From Gemmatimonadales bacterium (GTDB taxonomy: Bacteria > Gemmatimonadota > Gemmatimonadetes > Gemmatimonadales > GWC2-71-9), in contig JBIOXD010000021.1 in assembly GCA_044869265.1 (NCBI GenBank), positions 2,748 through 66,747 on the forward strand: a stretch of DNA of 64,000 nucleotides, read 5' to 3'. Below, in pieces: positions 23,673 to 33,129 of this stretch. The notes under the pieces are model-generated. The model was not told the origin of the DNA. It saw only the letters and a list, made by a program, of their open reading frames with translations, and did not search any database. The position numbers were made by a program, and so were the translations under genes. The first letter of the stretch is position 1. The number at the start of each line of letters is the position of its first letter.

Positions 23673-24781
23673 TTCTTGGTGCGGTGCGGGACGAACGGCA
23701 TTTTGATCACTTCAGCTTCTACCTTCTTGCCCCGGACATCTATCTCGATTTTGGTTCCGGCCTTGGCGCGGTCCCCCCCCGTCGGCAGGTACGTCGTGCC
23801 GATTGCCGCGTTGGCGGTTGGCGTGATGGTGCCGCTGCGCACGATGTCCACCTGCGTGCCATCGAGGAACACGGGGTAGCCGTGCCGCGCGACGGTCTTC
23901 GGCTCGGTGACTCTAAAGCCGACCAGTTTGCGCGGTACGCCTTCGAGTTTCTGGCGCTTGAGCGCCTCGAGCCCCGTGAACGGCGCGCCTTTCTCGAGCT
24001 TCACGATGAAGCCGAGCCCGGCCTCGTACGGCGTGGTCGTATCGTCGATGTCGTTGCCGTAAAGCGGCAGGCCGGCCTCGAGGCGCAGCGTGTCGCGCGC
24101 GCCGAGGCCAACCGGCTCCCCCCGGCCCGCGCCGACGAGCGCATGCCACAGCTTTTCTGCGTCGGCCGCCCGGCAGTACAGCTCGAAGCCGTCCTCACCG
24201 GTGTAGCCGGTGCGCGAGACGAAGCACTGCGCGCCTGCGACCTTGCCCTGCACGAAGTGGTAGTAGGGGATCATCCCCACGCCGAGGCTCGTGAGCTGTC
24301 CGAGGAGCGCTTCGGCTTTCGGTCCCTGTACCGCGAGGAGCGCCGTTTCGTCCGAGATATCGCGCAGCCGGACGTCGGCGCCTCCCTTTTGCGCCACGAT
24401 GTGATCCCAGTCCTTCTGAATGTTCGACGCGTTCACGACCATCATCAGCTTGTCTTCGAAGCGGTACACGAGGCAGTCGTCGACGAAGGTACCGTCTTTG
24501 GTGAGAATCCCGGAGTATTGCGCCTGTCCCGGTTTCAGCGCTCCCACGTCGTTCGATGTGACGCGCTGGACGAAGGCGTTTCGGTCCGACCCGGTGATTT
24601 CGAACTCACCCATGTGCGAGACGTCGAACACACCGACGGCCTCACGCACCGCGCGGTGCTCGGCGTTGATGCCGCCAGGATAGGTGACCGGCATCTCGAA
24701 GCCGGCGAACGGCACCATCTTGGCGCCGAGGCTCACATGGACGTCGTGCAGGGGCGTCTTCTTCAAGGTTTCAGTGGCCAT
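23669..24781 (-). CDS. gcvT: Glycine cleavage system aminomethyltransferase (T protein)
   Basis: Start reassigned to ATG 24781 (MATETLKKTPLHDVHVSLGAKMVPFAGFEMPV...). Family-typical sequence throughout. Confidence 0.85.
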   Translation of the reverse strand: MATETLKKTPLHDVHVSLGAKMVPFAGFEMPVTYPGGINAEHRAVREAVGVFDVSHMGEFEITGSDRNAFVQRVTSNDVGALKPGQAQYSGILTKDGTFVDDCLVYRFEDKLMMVVNASNIQKDWDHIVAQKGGADVRLRDISDETALLAVQGPKAEALLGQLTSLGVGMIPYYHFVQGKVAGAQCFVSRTGYTGEDGFELYCRAADAEKLWHALVGAGRGEPVGLGARDTLRLEAGLPLYGNDIDDTTTPYEAGLGFIVKLEKGAPFTGLEALKRQKLEGVPRKLVGFRVTEPKTVARHGYPVFLDGTQVDIVRSGTITPTANAAIGTTYLPTGGDRAKAGTKIEIDVRGKKVEAEVIKMPFVPHRTKK

Positions 24782-25680
24782 TAGCTCATCAGGGTTGCGA
24801 GTAGCGCTTTCTGAACGTGCAAACGATTCTCGGCCTCGTCCCATACACGCGACTGAGGTCCGTCGATTACATCAGCCGTCACTTCCTCGCCGCGATGTGC
24901 CGGCAGGCAGTGCAGGAAAATGGCCTTCGGGTCCGCGAGTTTCATGAGCTCGGCATCGACGGTGTAGCCCTTGAAGGCGTTGCGCCGCGCTTCCGCTTCG
25001 CCTTCCTGTCCCATCGAGGCCCAGACGTCGGTGTTGACCACGTGCGCCCCTTCCACTGCTTCTTCGGGAACCTCCGTCACCATCACGCATCCGCGCTTCT
25101 TGGCGTCTTCGTACTTGGATATGTGGGGCTCGAACCCCTCGGGGCAGGCGAGCCGCAGCTCGAAACCCAGGACCGCGGCAGCCTCGAGCCAGGCGTTGGC
25201 CATGTTGTTGCCGTCCCCCACCCACGCAATTCGCTTCCCTTCCCATCCGCCGAGATGTTCCTTGACCGTGAACAGATCCGCGAGGACCTGGCACGGATGT
25301 GTCAGGTCGGTCAGGCCGTTGATGACCGGAACGGTTGCGAAGCGAGCCAACTCCTCGACTTCGGCGTGATCGTAGGTGCGGATCATGATCCCGTCGACGT
25401 AGCGCGAAAGCACGCGGGCGGTATCGGGAATCGGCTCGCCGCGACCGATTTGAATGTCTTTGCTAGACAGGAACAGCGCCTGGCCGCCGAGCTGGTAGGC
25501 GCCCACCTCAAAGGAAACGCGGGTTCGAGTGGAGGACTTGGCGAAGATCATAGCCAACGTCTTCCCGGCGAGGGGGGTCTCCCGGTAGGATCGGGCCTTC
25601 ATCCGCCTGGAGAGGTCGAAGAGCTGTTCGATCTCCTTGCGGGTGAAATCGGTGATTTGGAGGAAGTCTCGCTTCGCCAT
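24781..25680 (-). CDS. argF: Ornithine carbamoyltransferase
   Basis: MAKRDFLQITDF..., STRTRVSFE, HPCQVLAD and HCLPAHRGEE motifs. Start chosen at ATG 25680 (the ORF opens at 25698). Confidence 0.85.
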   Translation of the reverse strand: MAKRDFLQITDFTRKEIEQLFDLSRRMKARSYRETPLAGKTLAMIFAKSSTRTRVSFEVGAYQLGGQALFLSSKDIQIGRGEPIPDTARVLSRYVDGIMIRTYDHAEVEELARFATVPVINGLTDLTHPCQVLADLFTVKEHLGGWEGKRIAWVGDGNNMANAWLEAAAVLGFELRLACPEGFEPHISKYEDAKKRGCVMVTEVPEEAVEGAHVVNTDVWASMGQEGEAEARRNAFKGYTVDAELMKLADPKAIFLHCLPAHRGEEVTADVIDGPQSRVWDEAENRLHVQKALLATLMS

Positions 25681-25779
25681 GGGCCCCGAGTCGGTCAAAA
25701 TGACAGGAATGTGTGACGGATTTTACCCGGAGGCCCGGGCTGAGACAAGGCTTAGGGTAACGGGGGGTCGGTCGCTTGG

Positions 25780-27306
25780 CTAGAGAATGTACTTCCGCAA
25801 GTCCTCATCCTCGACGATACGCATCAGCCGTTCCCTCACTGCGGGCCCATCGAACACGATGTGCTTCGACGGGTAATCGGGCAGCTCGAACATCACGTCT
25901 TCGAGCAGCGTCGTCATGACCGTGTGCAACCGCCGCGCCCCGATGTTCTCCATCCGCTCGTTCACCTTCGCCGCGATGCGCGCGATTTCCTTGACGCCAT
26001 CGGGCGTGAACTCGAGCGTCGCGCCATCCGACTGGCACAGCGCCGCGTACTGTTTGGTCAGCGCGTTCTCCGGCTCCGTCATGATGCGAACAAAGTCCGC
26101 TTCGCTGAGCGACGAGAGCTCGACGCGAATCGGGAAGCGGCCCTGGAGCTCCGGAATCAGGTCGCTCGGCTTGGCGATGTGGAACGCACCCGCCGCGATG
26201 AACAGGATGTGGTCCGTGCGGACATACCCGTAGCGCGTCTGGACGGTCGAGCCTTCGACGATCGGCAGCAGATCGCGCTGCACGCCCTCCCGCGACACAT
26301 CCGGGCCCGTGCGCTCACCGCGGGCGCCTGTGATCTTGTCGATCTCGTCGATGAAAATCACGCCATGATTCTCGACGCGGTCGAGGGCCTCGTTGACGAC
26401 GTCGTCCATGTCCACCAGCTTTTTCAGCTCTTCGTCGATGAGAATGCGCCGAGCTTCATGCAGATGGACCGTGCGGCGCTTTTTCTTCTTCGGGATCAGC
26501 TCCTGCAGCATCTCGCCGAAGTTGATGTCGGGTCCTTCCATCCCCTGCGGCGGCTGCATCATCTCGAGCATGGGGAAGCCCTGCTGCTGCACTTCGACTT
26601 CGACGTCGCGCTCTTCGAGCAATCCGTCCTTGAGCTGCTGGCGAAGCTTTTCACGCGTGCGGCGCCGGCGCTCCTGCGCCTCCGTCTCCGCCTCGGGGAT
26701 CTTGGATTGCACGTCGCCCTTGGAGGACACCACGAATAACGGGCGCTGCCCGGGCTGCTCGGTGGCCGCCGGGGAGGCAGGTGAAGCGGCGGCGGAGGGC
26801 GGCGAGGGAAGCGGCGGCAAAAGCAAATCCAATAGCCGTTCTTCTGCCCTTTGCTCGGCTGTGGGATAAACGTCGTCTTCCCTCTCACTCCGCACCATGT
26901 TGATCGAGACGTCCACCAACTCGCGGACCATCGACTCGACGTCGCGGCCCACGTAGCCGACTTCGGTGAACTTCGAGGCTTCGACCTTCAGGAACGGCGC
27001 GCCCGCCAGCCGCGCCAGCCGGCGCGCGATCTCGGTTTTTCCTACCCCCGTCGGACCGATCATGATGATGTTGTTCGGCATGATCTCGTCGCGGATTTCC
27101 TCGGGGGCCTGCGCGCGGCGCCAACGATTGCGCACGGCGATCGCTACGGCTTTCTTCGCCGCCTCCTGGCCAACGATGTAGCGATCGAGCTCCGCCACGA
27201 TCTTGCGGGGCGGCATCTCCTCCAACCACGGCATGGTCTCGTCCGAGGACGGCGCTGCGGGGGCGGTAGGAGGCGGTAGAGGAGTTTCGGTTGGTGACTT
27301 GGCCAT
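25780..27306 (-). CDS. hslU: ATP-dependent protease ATPase subunit HslU (long N-terminal extension and Pro/Ala-rich I-domain insert)
   Basis: [52 protein letters not shown] and the C-terminal ...[11 protein letters not shown]. Confidence 0.9.
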   Translation of the reverse strand: MAKSPTETPLPPPTAPAAPSSDETMPWLEEMPPRKIVAELDRYIVGQEAAKKAVAIAVRNRWRRAQAPEEIRDEIMPNNIIMIGPTGVGKTEIARRLARLAGAPFLKVEASKFTEVGYVGRDVESMVRELVDVSINMVRSEREDDVYPTAEQRAEERLLDLLLPPLPSPPSAAASPASPAATEQPGQRPLFVVSSKGDVQSKIPEAETEAQERRRRTREKLRQQLKDGLLEERDVEVEVQQQGFPMLEMMQPPQGMEGPDINFGEMLQELIPKKKKRRTVHLHEARRILIDEELKKLVDMDDVVNEALDRVENHGVIFIDEIDKITGARGERTGPDVSREGVQRDLLPIVEGSTVQTRYGYVRTDHILFIAAGAFHIAKPSDLIPELQGRFPIRVELSSLSEADFVRIMTEPENALTKQYAALCQSDGATLEFTPDGVKEIARIAAKVNERMENIGARRLHTVMTTLLEDVMFELPDYPSKHIVFDGPAVRERLMRIVEDEDLRKYIL

Positions 27307-27308
27307 GT

Positions 27309-27851
27309 CTATAACTCAAGTACGGTAATGTTTGTGTTGGTATACACGCAGATCTCCGCGGCGATCTCCAGACCCTTTCGAACGATCTCGGCCGGACTCA
27401 GCTTCGACTCCTTGAGCAGCGCTCGCGCCGCCGCGAGGGCGAACGACCCTCCGGAGCCGATCGCCAGAATGCCGTCGTCCGGCTCGATCAGCTCGCCGGA
27501 GCCGCTGATGACGTAGCCATGCTCCTTGTCGGCGACGACGAGCAGCGCCTCGAGGCGGCGCAGGACCCGATCGGAGCGCCAGTCCTTTGCGAGCTCGACG
27601 GCCGCACGCGGCAGGTTCGTGGGATACCGCTCGAGCTTTTCTTCGAACTTGTCGAACAGGGTAAATGCGTCCGCCGCGGCGCCGGCGAATCCCGCCAGAA
27701 TCTTGCCACCTTTGAGCGTGCGCACCTTGTTGGCGTTGGCCTTCATCACGGTCTCACCGACCGTGACTTGCCCATCGCCGCCGATGGCCACTTTGCCATC
27801 GCGGCGCACGCAGAGAATCGTAGTGCTGTGAATGCGTTGATATACGTTCAC
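27309..27851 (-). CDS. hslV: ATP-dependent protease subunit HslV
   Basis: GTG start. [23 protein letters not shown] (N-terminal Thr protease). Confidence 0.9.
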   Translation of the reverse strand: MNVYQRIHSTTILCVRRDGKVAIGGDGQVTVGETVMKANANKVRTLKGGKILAGFAGAAADAFTLFDKFEEKLERYPTNLPRAAVELAKDWRSDRVLRRLEALLVVADKEHGYVISGSGELIEPDDGILAIGSGGSFALAAARALLKESKLSPAEIVRKGLEIAAEICVYTNTNITVLEL

Positions 27852-27860
27852 GTGTCTTTC

Positions 27861-27892
27861 CCCAGGCCCCCAGGCCCCAGGCCCCAGGCCCT
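27861..27892. repeat. CCCAGGC heptanucleotide tandem array (4 units) filling the xerC-hslV spacer
   Basis: CCCAGGC CCCCAGGC CCCAGGC CCCAGGC CCTA read directly. Its end overlaps the xerC stop codon. Confidence 0.8.
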
Positions 27893-28802
27893 AAGCTCTA
27901 GGATGCGCCTGCTGATAGACCTTTCTCAGTCGCTCCACCGACGTATGAGTATACACCTGCGTGGTGCCGAGCGAAGCGTGGCCGAGCAATTCCTGCACAG
28001 ATCGTAGATCAGCGCCCGCGTCGAGCAGGTGTGTGGCGAACGAATGACGCAACGCGTGCACGTGCAGCTGGGTTCCCCGGGCCAGCGTGGCGAACAGCTG
28101 CTTCATGGCGAGCTGAATGCCGCGCGCCGAGATCCGCCGCCCTCGTTGGTTGACGAAGACGGCATGAGCCCCCCGAAACCGCCGGTCCCGATACTGGAGG
28201 TACTGTCGCAGCGCTGCCCGCGCGCGTGATCCAACCGGCACGATGCGCTCTTTCTTTCCTTTGCCGCGCAGCTTGACCTGATCGGAGACGAGATCGACAT
28301 CGCCATCGTTCAGCCCCGCCAGCTCCGACAGCCGCATGCCGCTCGAGTAGAACATTTCCAGCATGGCGAGATCGCGCGCTTCGGGAAACCCGCCCGCCCC
28401 CGCGCGTGCCTCCGCCTCGGCGAACAACATCTCCATCTCGGCGCGATCCAGGTACGCCGGCAGCGTCCGTTCGAGCTTGGGCGTGCGCGCCGCGCGCGCG
28501 GGATTCACCTCGACGCCCTGCGTGGCGTTCAGAAAGCGGTAGAACGTGCGCAGCGCCGAGAGCGCGCGGGCCCCAGAGCGTTTCGATACGCCGCGCCGCT
28601 GCTCCGCCGCCAGAAACCCGCGCACCGCGAGGCGATCCACGCCGGCCCAGGTCCAGGGCCCACCGTAGTAGTCGTTACAGAACGTCGCGAATGCCCCCAG
28701 GTCACGGGCGTAAGCCTTGACGGTGTGGGGGGAGTCGTTGCGCTCTTTGGTGAGGAACGTGACGAATTCGGAGATTTCTGGAGAGATGGGTTGTGTCTTC
28801 AT
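27891..28802 (-). CDS. xerC: Tyrosine recombinase XerC/CodV-type
   Basis: HALRHSFATHLL...LGHASLGTTQVYTH catalytic region. Sits in the topA-trmFO-xerC-hslV-hslU order known from the Bacillus codV operon. Confidence 0.85.
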   Translation of the reverse strand: MKTQPISPEISEFVTFLTKERNDSPHTVKAYARDLGAFATFCNDYYGGPWTWAGVDRLAVRGFLAAEQRRGVSKRSGARALSALRTFYRFLNATQGVEVNPARAARTPKLERTLPAYLDRAEMEMLFAEAEARAGAGGFPEARDLAMLEMFYSSGMRLSELAGLNDGDVDLVSDQVKLRGKGKKERIVPVGSRARAALRQYLQYRDRRFRGAHAVFVNQRGRRISARGIQLAMKQLFATLARGTQLHVHALRHSFATHLLDAGADLRSVQELLGHASLGTTQVYTHTSVERLRKVYQQAHPRA

Positions 28803-30247
28803 TGGGTTGTTCCCACCCTGAAGGGTGGGCTCGGCTCAGCATTGTCCTGAAGGACATTCGTGAAGCGCTCCATCTCTCTCAACGCCCGCTCTGCGAGGGC
28901 TTCCTTCTTTTTGAACTTGTCCCGTGGCGCGTTCTCGAGCGGGTCGAGCAGACCAAAGTTGGCGTTCATCGGCTGGAAGCGGCCGGGTTCGGTCTCGCGC
29001 AAGTAGCGATACAACGCGCCGAGCATCGTGGTCGCCGGTGGGATGAGCGGTTCGTCACCCATGAGCATCCGCGCGAGATTGATCCCCGCAACGATCCCCG
29101 TCGCTGCCGACTCGGTGTAGCCCTCGACCCCAGTGAGCTGGCCCGCAAACAGCAGGTGAGGGTCGTCTTTGGCGGACAGGTGCGGCGTCAGCGCCTGCGG
29201 CGCATTGAGGTAGCTGTTGCGGTGAATGCTCCCAAACCGCAGGAACTCGGCGTTCTCGAGTCCGGGGATCATCCGGAAGATGCGCTGCTGGGCTGCGGTC
29301 TTGAGTCGCGTCTGGAACCCCACAAGGTTCCACATCTGCGCTGCCCGATCTTCTTGTCGTAGCTGAACGACGGCGTACGGTTCACCCTGCCTTTCTGACC
29401 CCGGGCGCAAGCCCGGGGTCTTGACCCTGGGATCTTGCAACCCGATCGGCTTCATCGGTCCGAATCGTAGTGTCTCGACGCCTCTATCTGCCATCTCCTC
29501 GACCGGCAAGCAGCCCTCAAAATACGGCACCTTGTCGAATTCGTGCCCGGGCACGTACTGCTCGCCGGCGATCAGCGCTGCCACGAACGCCTCATACTGC
29601 TCTCGAGTGAACGGCGCGTTCCAGTAGTCGTCGCCGCCACCTTTGCCGTAGCGGGAAGCCTTGAAAAGGCGCCTGTAATCGAGCGAATCAGCCGAGACGA
29701 TGGGCGCGATCGCGTCGTAGAAAGCGAGTGACTGCACGCCCAGCCTCGCTGCGATCGCAGTGGCCAGCGTGTCCGAAGTGAGTGGACCGGTTGCGATGAT
29801 TCCGGGGCTCGGAAGATTGGTGATTTCGCCGCGAACTATCGTGATGTTCGCGTGCCCCGAGACCCGAGCCTCGACCCCCCTGGCAAATGCGACGCGATCC
29901 ACGGCGAGCGCGCTACCGCCCGGGATGCGCGCCTCGTCCGCTGCCTGCAGCACGATGCTGCCGAGCAGGCGCATCTCGGCCTTGAGGAGTCCGTGCGCGT
30001 GCAAGGTCTCGACGGATTTGAACGTGTTGCTGCAGACCAACTCGGCGAGGGCTTGGGTCTGATGCGCCGGCGTCATTTTCACGGGACGCATCTCGTGCAA
30101 CGTGACGCGGAAACCACATTCTGCGAGGGCCCATGCGGCTTCACAGCCGGCCAGACCACCGCCGACGACGCGCGCCCCTACGTTGCCACCTCTTCGGCTT
30201 CGGGGGTCTCCGACTCGACCGTGATCTGATGCCCGCACTTCAGGCAT
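28799..30247 (-). CDS. trmFO: Methylenetetrahydrofolate--tRNA-(uracil-5-)-methyltransferase TrmFO (start uncertain)
   Basis: ARVVGGGLAGCEAAWALAE...MRPVKMTPAHQT...LVCSNTFKS. The first canonical start upstream of the FAD motif is ATG 30247, which overlaps the topA 3' end by 70 nt. Confidence 0.75.
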   Translation of the reverse strand: MPEVRASDHGRVGDPRSRRGGNVGARVVGGGLAGCEAAWALAECGFRVTLHEMRPVKMTPAHQTQALAELVCSNTFKSVETLHAHGLLKAEMRLLGSIVLQAADEARIPGGSALAVDRVAFARGVEARVSGHANITIVRGEITNLPSPGIIATGPLTSDTLATAIAARLGVQSLAFYDAIAPIVSADSLDYRRLFKASRYGKGGGDDYWNAPFTREQYEAFVAALIAGEQYVPGHEFDKVPYFEGCLPVEEMADRGVETLRFGPMKPIGLQDPRVKTPGLRPGSERQGEPYAVVQLRQEDRAAQMWNLVGFQTRLKTAAQQRIFRMIPGLENAEFLRFGSIHRNSYLNAPQALTPHLSAKDDPHLLFAGQLTGVEGYTESAATGIVAGINLARMLMGDEPLIPPATTMLGALYRYLRETEPGRFQPMNANFGLLDPLENAPRDKFKKKEALAERALREMERFTNVLQDNAEPSPPFRVGTTQ

Positions 30248-32574
30248 TTGCGTGTCGTTTCTCCCGTGGTCTTGGCCTTGATCTCTTCCATCCCGACGAA
30301 GCCGCAGTTGGGGCATGGAACGACGACCGGCTTGTTCCAGGTGGAATAATCGCAGTCCGGGTAGCGCAGGCAACCGTAGAACGTCCGTCCACGCTTGGTG
30401 CGCCGTTCGGCGAGATCGCCCATGCCGCACTTGGGACACTTGATGCCGAGCGGGACGGGCTGTGTGTACTTGCACTTGGGGTAGCGGGTGCACGCGAGGA
30501 ATTCGCCATAGCGGCCGGTCTTGATGACCATCGGCGCGCCGCATTCCTTGCAGATCTCGTCCGAGGGCCGATCGGGAACTTTGTCCTTCTTGACGGAGCG
30601 CGAGTAGTCGCACTCCTTCGTGGCGTAGCGCGTGCAGGCGATGTAGGGGCCGAAGCGGCCGCTCTTCACCTCGAGCGGTGAGCCACACTTGGGGCACTTT
30701 TCCTTCTCGAGCCCCGTGAGATCGTGCACTTCGTGGATGATCTTGTTCACATCCACGGCTTCGAGTGCAATGCTGAATGGCTTCCAGAAATCGCCCAACA
30801 CGTCTTGCCAGGCGAGGTCGCCCTCTTCGACCTTGTCGAGCTCGGTCTCCATCTGCGCCGTAAAGCCCACCTCGAATACTTCCGGGAACGAGCGCTTGAG
30901 GACTTTCCAGACCGTCTCGCCCTGTGGCGTGGGATGGAAGCGGCGGTCTTTCGCCGTCGCGTACCAGCGCATGCGCAGCGTCGAGATGATGGCCGCGTAG
31001 GTCGACGGCCGGCCGATGCCCAGGCGCTCGAGCTCCTTCACGAGGCTCGCCTCGCTGTAGCGCGGCGGTGGCTCGGTGAAGTGCTGGCTCGGCACGACCT
31101 GCTTGACCGCGACCCGGTCGCCCTCCTTGAGCGGCGGAATCGGCTCGAGGCTGCCTAATGTCTTGGCGTCCTCGGCCTCGTAGGCTTCCTGGTAGACTGC
31201 GTGGTAGCCGTCGAAGATGACTCGCGAGCCCGTCGCCCGGAACAGGAATTTCCCGTTGGCCAGGTCGAAGTCGACCTTGGTCGCCTCATACACCGCGGGA
31301 TTCATTTGCGAGGCGACGAACCGCCGCCAGATCAACTGGTACAGCTTGAAGAGGTCGCGCTCGAGATACTTCTTGAGGTCTTCGGGGCGGAGCCCGACTT
31401 CGGTGGGCCGGATCGCTTCATGCGCGTCCTGCACCTTCGAGCCGCGGCCTCCCTTATAGACGTTCGGCTCTTCGGGGAGGTAGCGCTTGTCGAACTGCGC
31501 ATTGACGTATTCGCGAGCCTGCTGGATCGCCGCGTCCGACACGCGCACCGAATCCGTGCGCATGTAGGTGATCAAGCCGACCGATCCCTGGTCTCCCAGC
31601 TCGACGCCTTCGTAGAGCTTCTGGGCTGCCCGCATCGTGCGGCCGGCCGAAAAGCCCAGTTGTTTCGCGGCTTCCTGCTGCATCGTGCTGGTGGTAAAGG
31701 GGGCGGGCGCCTTGCGGCGGCGCTCGCCGGTCGAGACGGACGTCACGACGAACGGCAGCTTCTCGACTTCGGCGACGATGTCGCGCGCGTCTTTCTCGGT
31801 CTTGATCTCGGGCTTGTGCCCGTTGAGCTTCTGCAGCCGCGCCTGGAACGGCTGGCCATCCTTCTCGAGATCGGCCGCAATGGTCCAGTATTCCTGGGGC
31901 ACGAACTTCCGGATCTCTTCCTCCCGCTCGATGATCAGCCGCAGCGCGACGGTCTGGACCCGACCGGCCGACAGGCCGGTCTTGATGCTTTTCCAGAGAA
32001 CCGGGGAGGCCTTGTATCCCACCAACCGATCGAGCACACGCCGCGCCTGCTGGGCGTCCACCTTGCGTTGATCGATGTCCAGCGGATTCGCCAGCGCTTT
32101 GGCGACCGCGTCCTTGGTGATTTCGTGAAACAGGACGCGGCGGATCTTGCCGTCACCGCCGTCCGGGGCCCCGTTGAGCTGGGACGCGACGTGCCAGGCG
32201 ATCGCCTCGCCCTCGCGGTCCGGGTCGGTGGCGAGCAGCACGCGATCGGCCGCTTTCGCGGCTTTTTTGATTTCGGCGAGCGTCTTCGCCTTTTCCTTGA
32301 TGGTGACGTATTTGGGCGCAAAGCCGTTGTCGACGTCGACGCCCAGCTCGCGCTTAGGAAGGTCGCGCAAGTGCCCCACGGTCGCCTTCACGGTGTAGCC
32401 GCGACCCAGGTACTTGCCGATTGTTTTGGCCTTCGTGGGGGATTCGACAATGACGAGTGCGCCGCCCTTTACAGGAGCGGCGTCGTCGGTCTCGACCTCG
32501 AGCTCGACCTCAGCCTCGATCTTCTTCTTTCGAGGCCTCCGCGTTTTTTTCACAGCGTCGTCATTATCAGGCAC
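30178..32574 (-). CDS. topA: DNA topoisomerase I
   Basis: The TOPRIM N-terminus is ALVIVESPTKAKTIGKYLG. Topo IA core. C-terminal repeated CxxC zinc ribbons (CPKCGSPL, CKECGAPM, CPKCGMGD, CPNCGF, CLKCGH). Confidence 0.9.
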   Translation of the reverse strand: MPDNDDAVKKTRRPRKKKIEAEVELEVETDDAAPVKGGALVIVESPTKAKTIGKYLGRGYTVKATVGHLRDLPKRELGVDVDNGFAPKYVTIKEKAKTLAEIKKAAKAADRVLLATDPDREGEAIAWHVASQLNGAPDGGDGKIRRVLFHEITKDAVAKALANPLDIDQRKVDAQQARRVLDRLVGYKASPVLWKSIKTGLSAGRVQTVALRLIIEREEEIRKFVPQEYWTIAADLEKDGQPFQARLQKLNGHKPEIKTEKDARDIVAEVEKLPFVVTSVSTGERRRKAPAPFTTSTMQQEAAKQLGFSAGRTMRAAQKLYEGVELGDQGSVGLITYMRTDSVRVSDAAIQQAREYVNAQFDKRYLPEEPNVYKGGRGSKVQDAHEAIRPTEVGLRPEDLKKYLERDLFKLYQLIWRRFVASQMNPAVYEATKVDFDLANGKFLFRATGSRVIFDGYHAVYQEAYEAEDAKTLGSLEPIPPLKEGDRVAVKQVVPSQHFTEPPPRYSEASLVKELERLGIGRPSTYAAIISTLRMRWYATAKDRRFHPTPQGETVWKVLKRSFPEVFEVGFTAQMETELDKVEEGDLAWQDVLGDFWKPFSIALEAVDVNKIIHEVHDLTGLEKEKCPKCGSPLEVKSGRFGPYIACTRYATKECDYSRSVKKDKVPDRPSDEICKECGAPMVIKTGRYGEFLACTRYPKCKYTQPVPLGIKCPKCGMGDLAERRTKRGRTFYGCLRYPDCDYSTWNKPVVVPCPNCGFVGMEEIKAKTTGETTRKCLKCGHQITVESETPEAEEVAT

Positions 32575-32610
32575 TGATCAACCTTTGTTCAAACGTTCGG
32601 GCTTGCATCT

Positions 32611-33129
32611 TTACCAACCTGCACTGATTTGCGCAAGTCGGACGACCTCGGCAGTCACCTGCTCGGGCGTTTTCGCCTCGGTCAGGACGGTCGCATCGGC
32701 AGTCGTGTAGAACGGCTCGCGCGTTGTGAACAGCTCGCGCATCTGCGTCACAGGATCATCACCCATCAAAACGGGCCGTGTTCCCGAAGGCGCGGCGCGT
32801 GCCGCGGCGATCTCGGCGCGTGCCTTGAGATAAACCACGTACGCCTGAGGCCGTGCTGCATCGAGCGCTCCCGGCTGTGCGGCCCAGCCTCCACCGGGAA
32901 CGATAACAGCCGGCTCCCCGGCGAGCGCGCCCTCGACTTCTTTGCGTTCCATGTCGCGAAACGCGGGCTCGCCCTTCTCGGCGAAGATCAGCACGATCGG
33001 TTTGCCTTCCTTGCGCATCAAGATCGAGTCGATGTCGACGAACGTCGTCTGCAAGCGCTCCGCGACGAGTCGGCCGACCGTCGACTTCCCCGCCCCGGGC
33101 AGGCCGATGAGCACGAGGTGCTTCTTCAC
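32611..33129 (-). CDS. aroK: Shikimate kinase
   Basis: LIGLPGAGKSTVGRLVAE. 172 aa. ATGA overlap with aroC. Confidence 0.85.
   Translation of the reverse strand: MKKHLVLIGLPGAGKSTVGRLVAERLQTTFVDIDSILMRKEGKPIVLIFAEKGEPAFRDMERKEVEGALAGEPAVIVPGGGWAAQPGALDAARPQAYVVYLKARAEIAAARAAPSGTRPVLMGDDPVTQMRELFTTREPFYTTADATVLTEAKTPEQVTAEVVRLAQISAGW

Noticed and set aside
27891-28802. Tyrosine recombinase as a marker of an integrative element
   Set aside because: It sits in the conserved topA-trmFO-xerC-hslV-hslU arrangement (as in the Bacillus codV operon), far from the accessory block, so it is taken as the chromosomal Xer recombinase.
28799-30697. Full 632-aa ORF as the trmFO gene
   Set aside because: The first ~150 residues are Arg-rich antisense/alternate-frame sequence lying within topA. 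TrmFO similarity begins only near residue 175.
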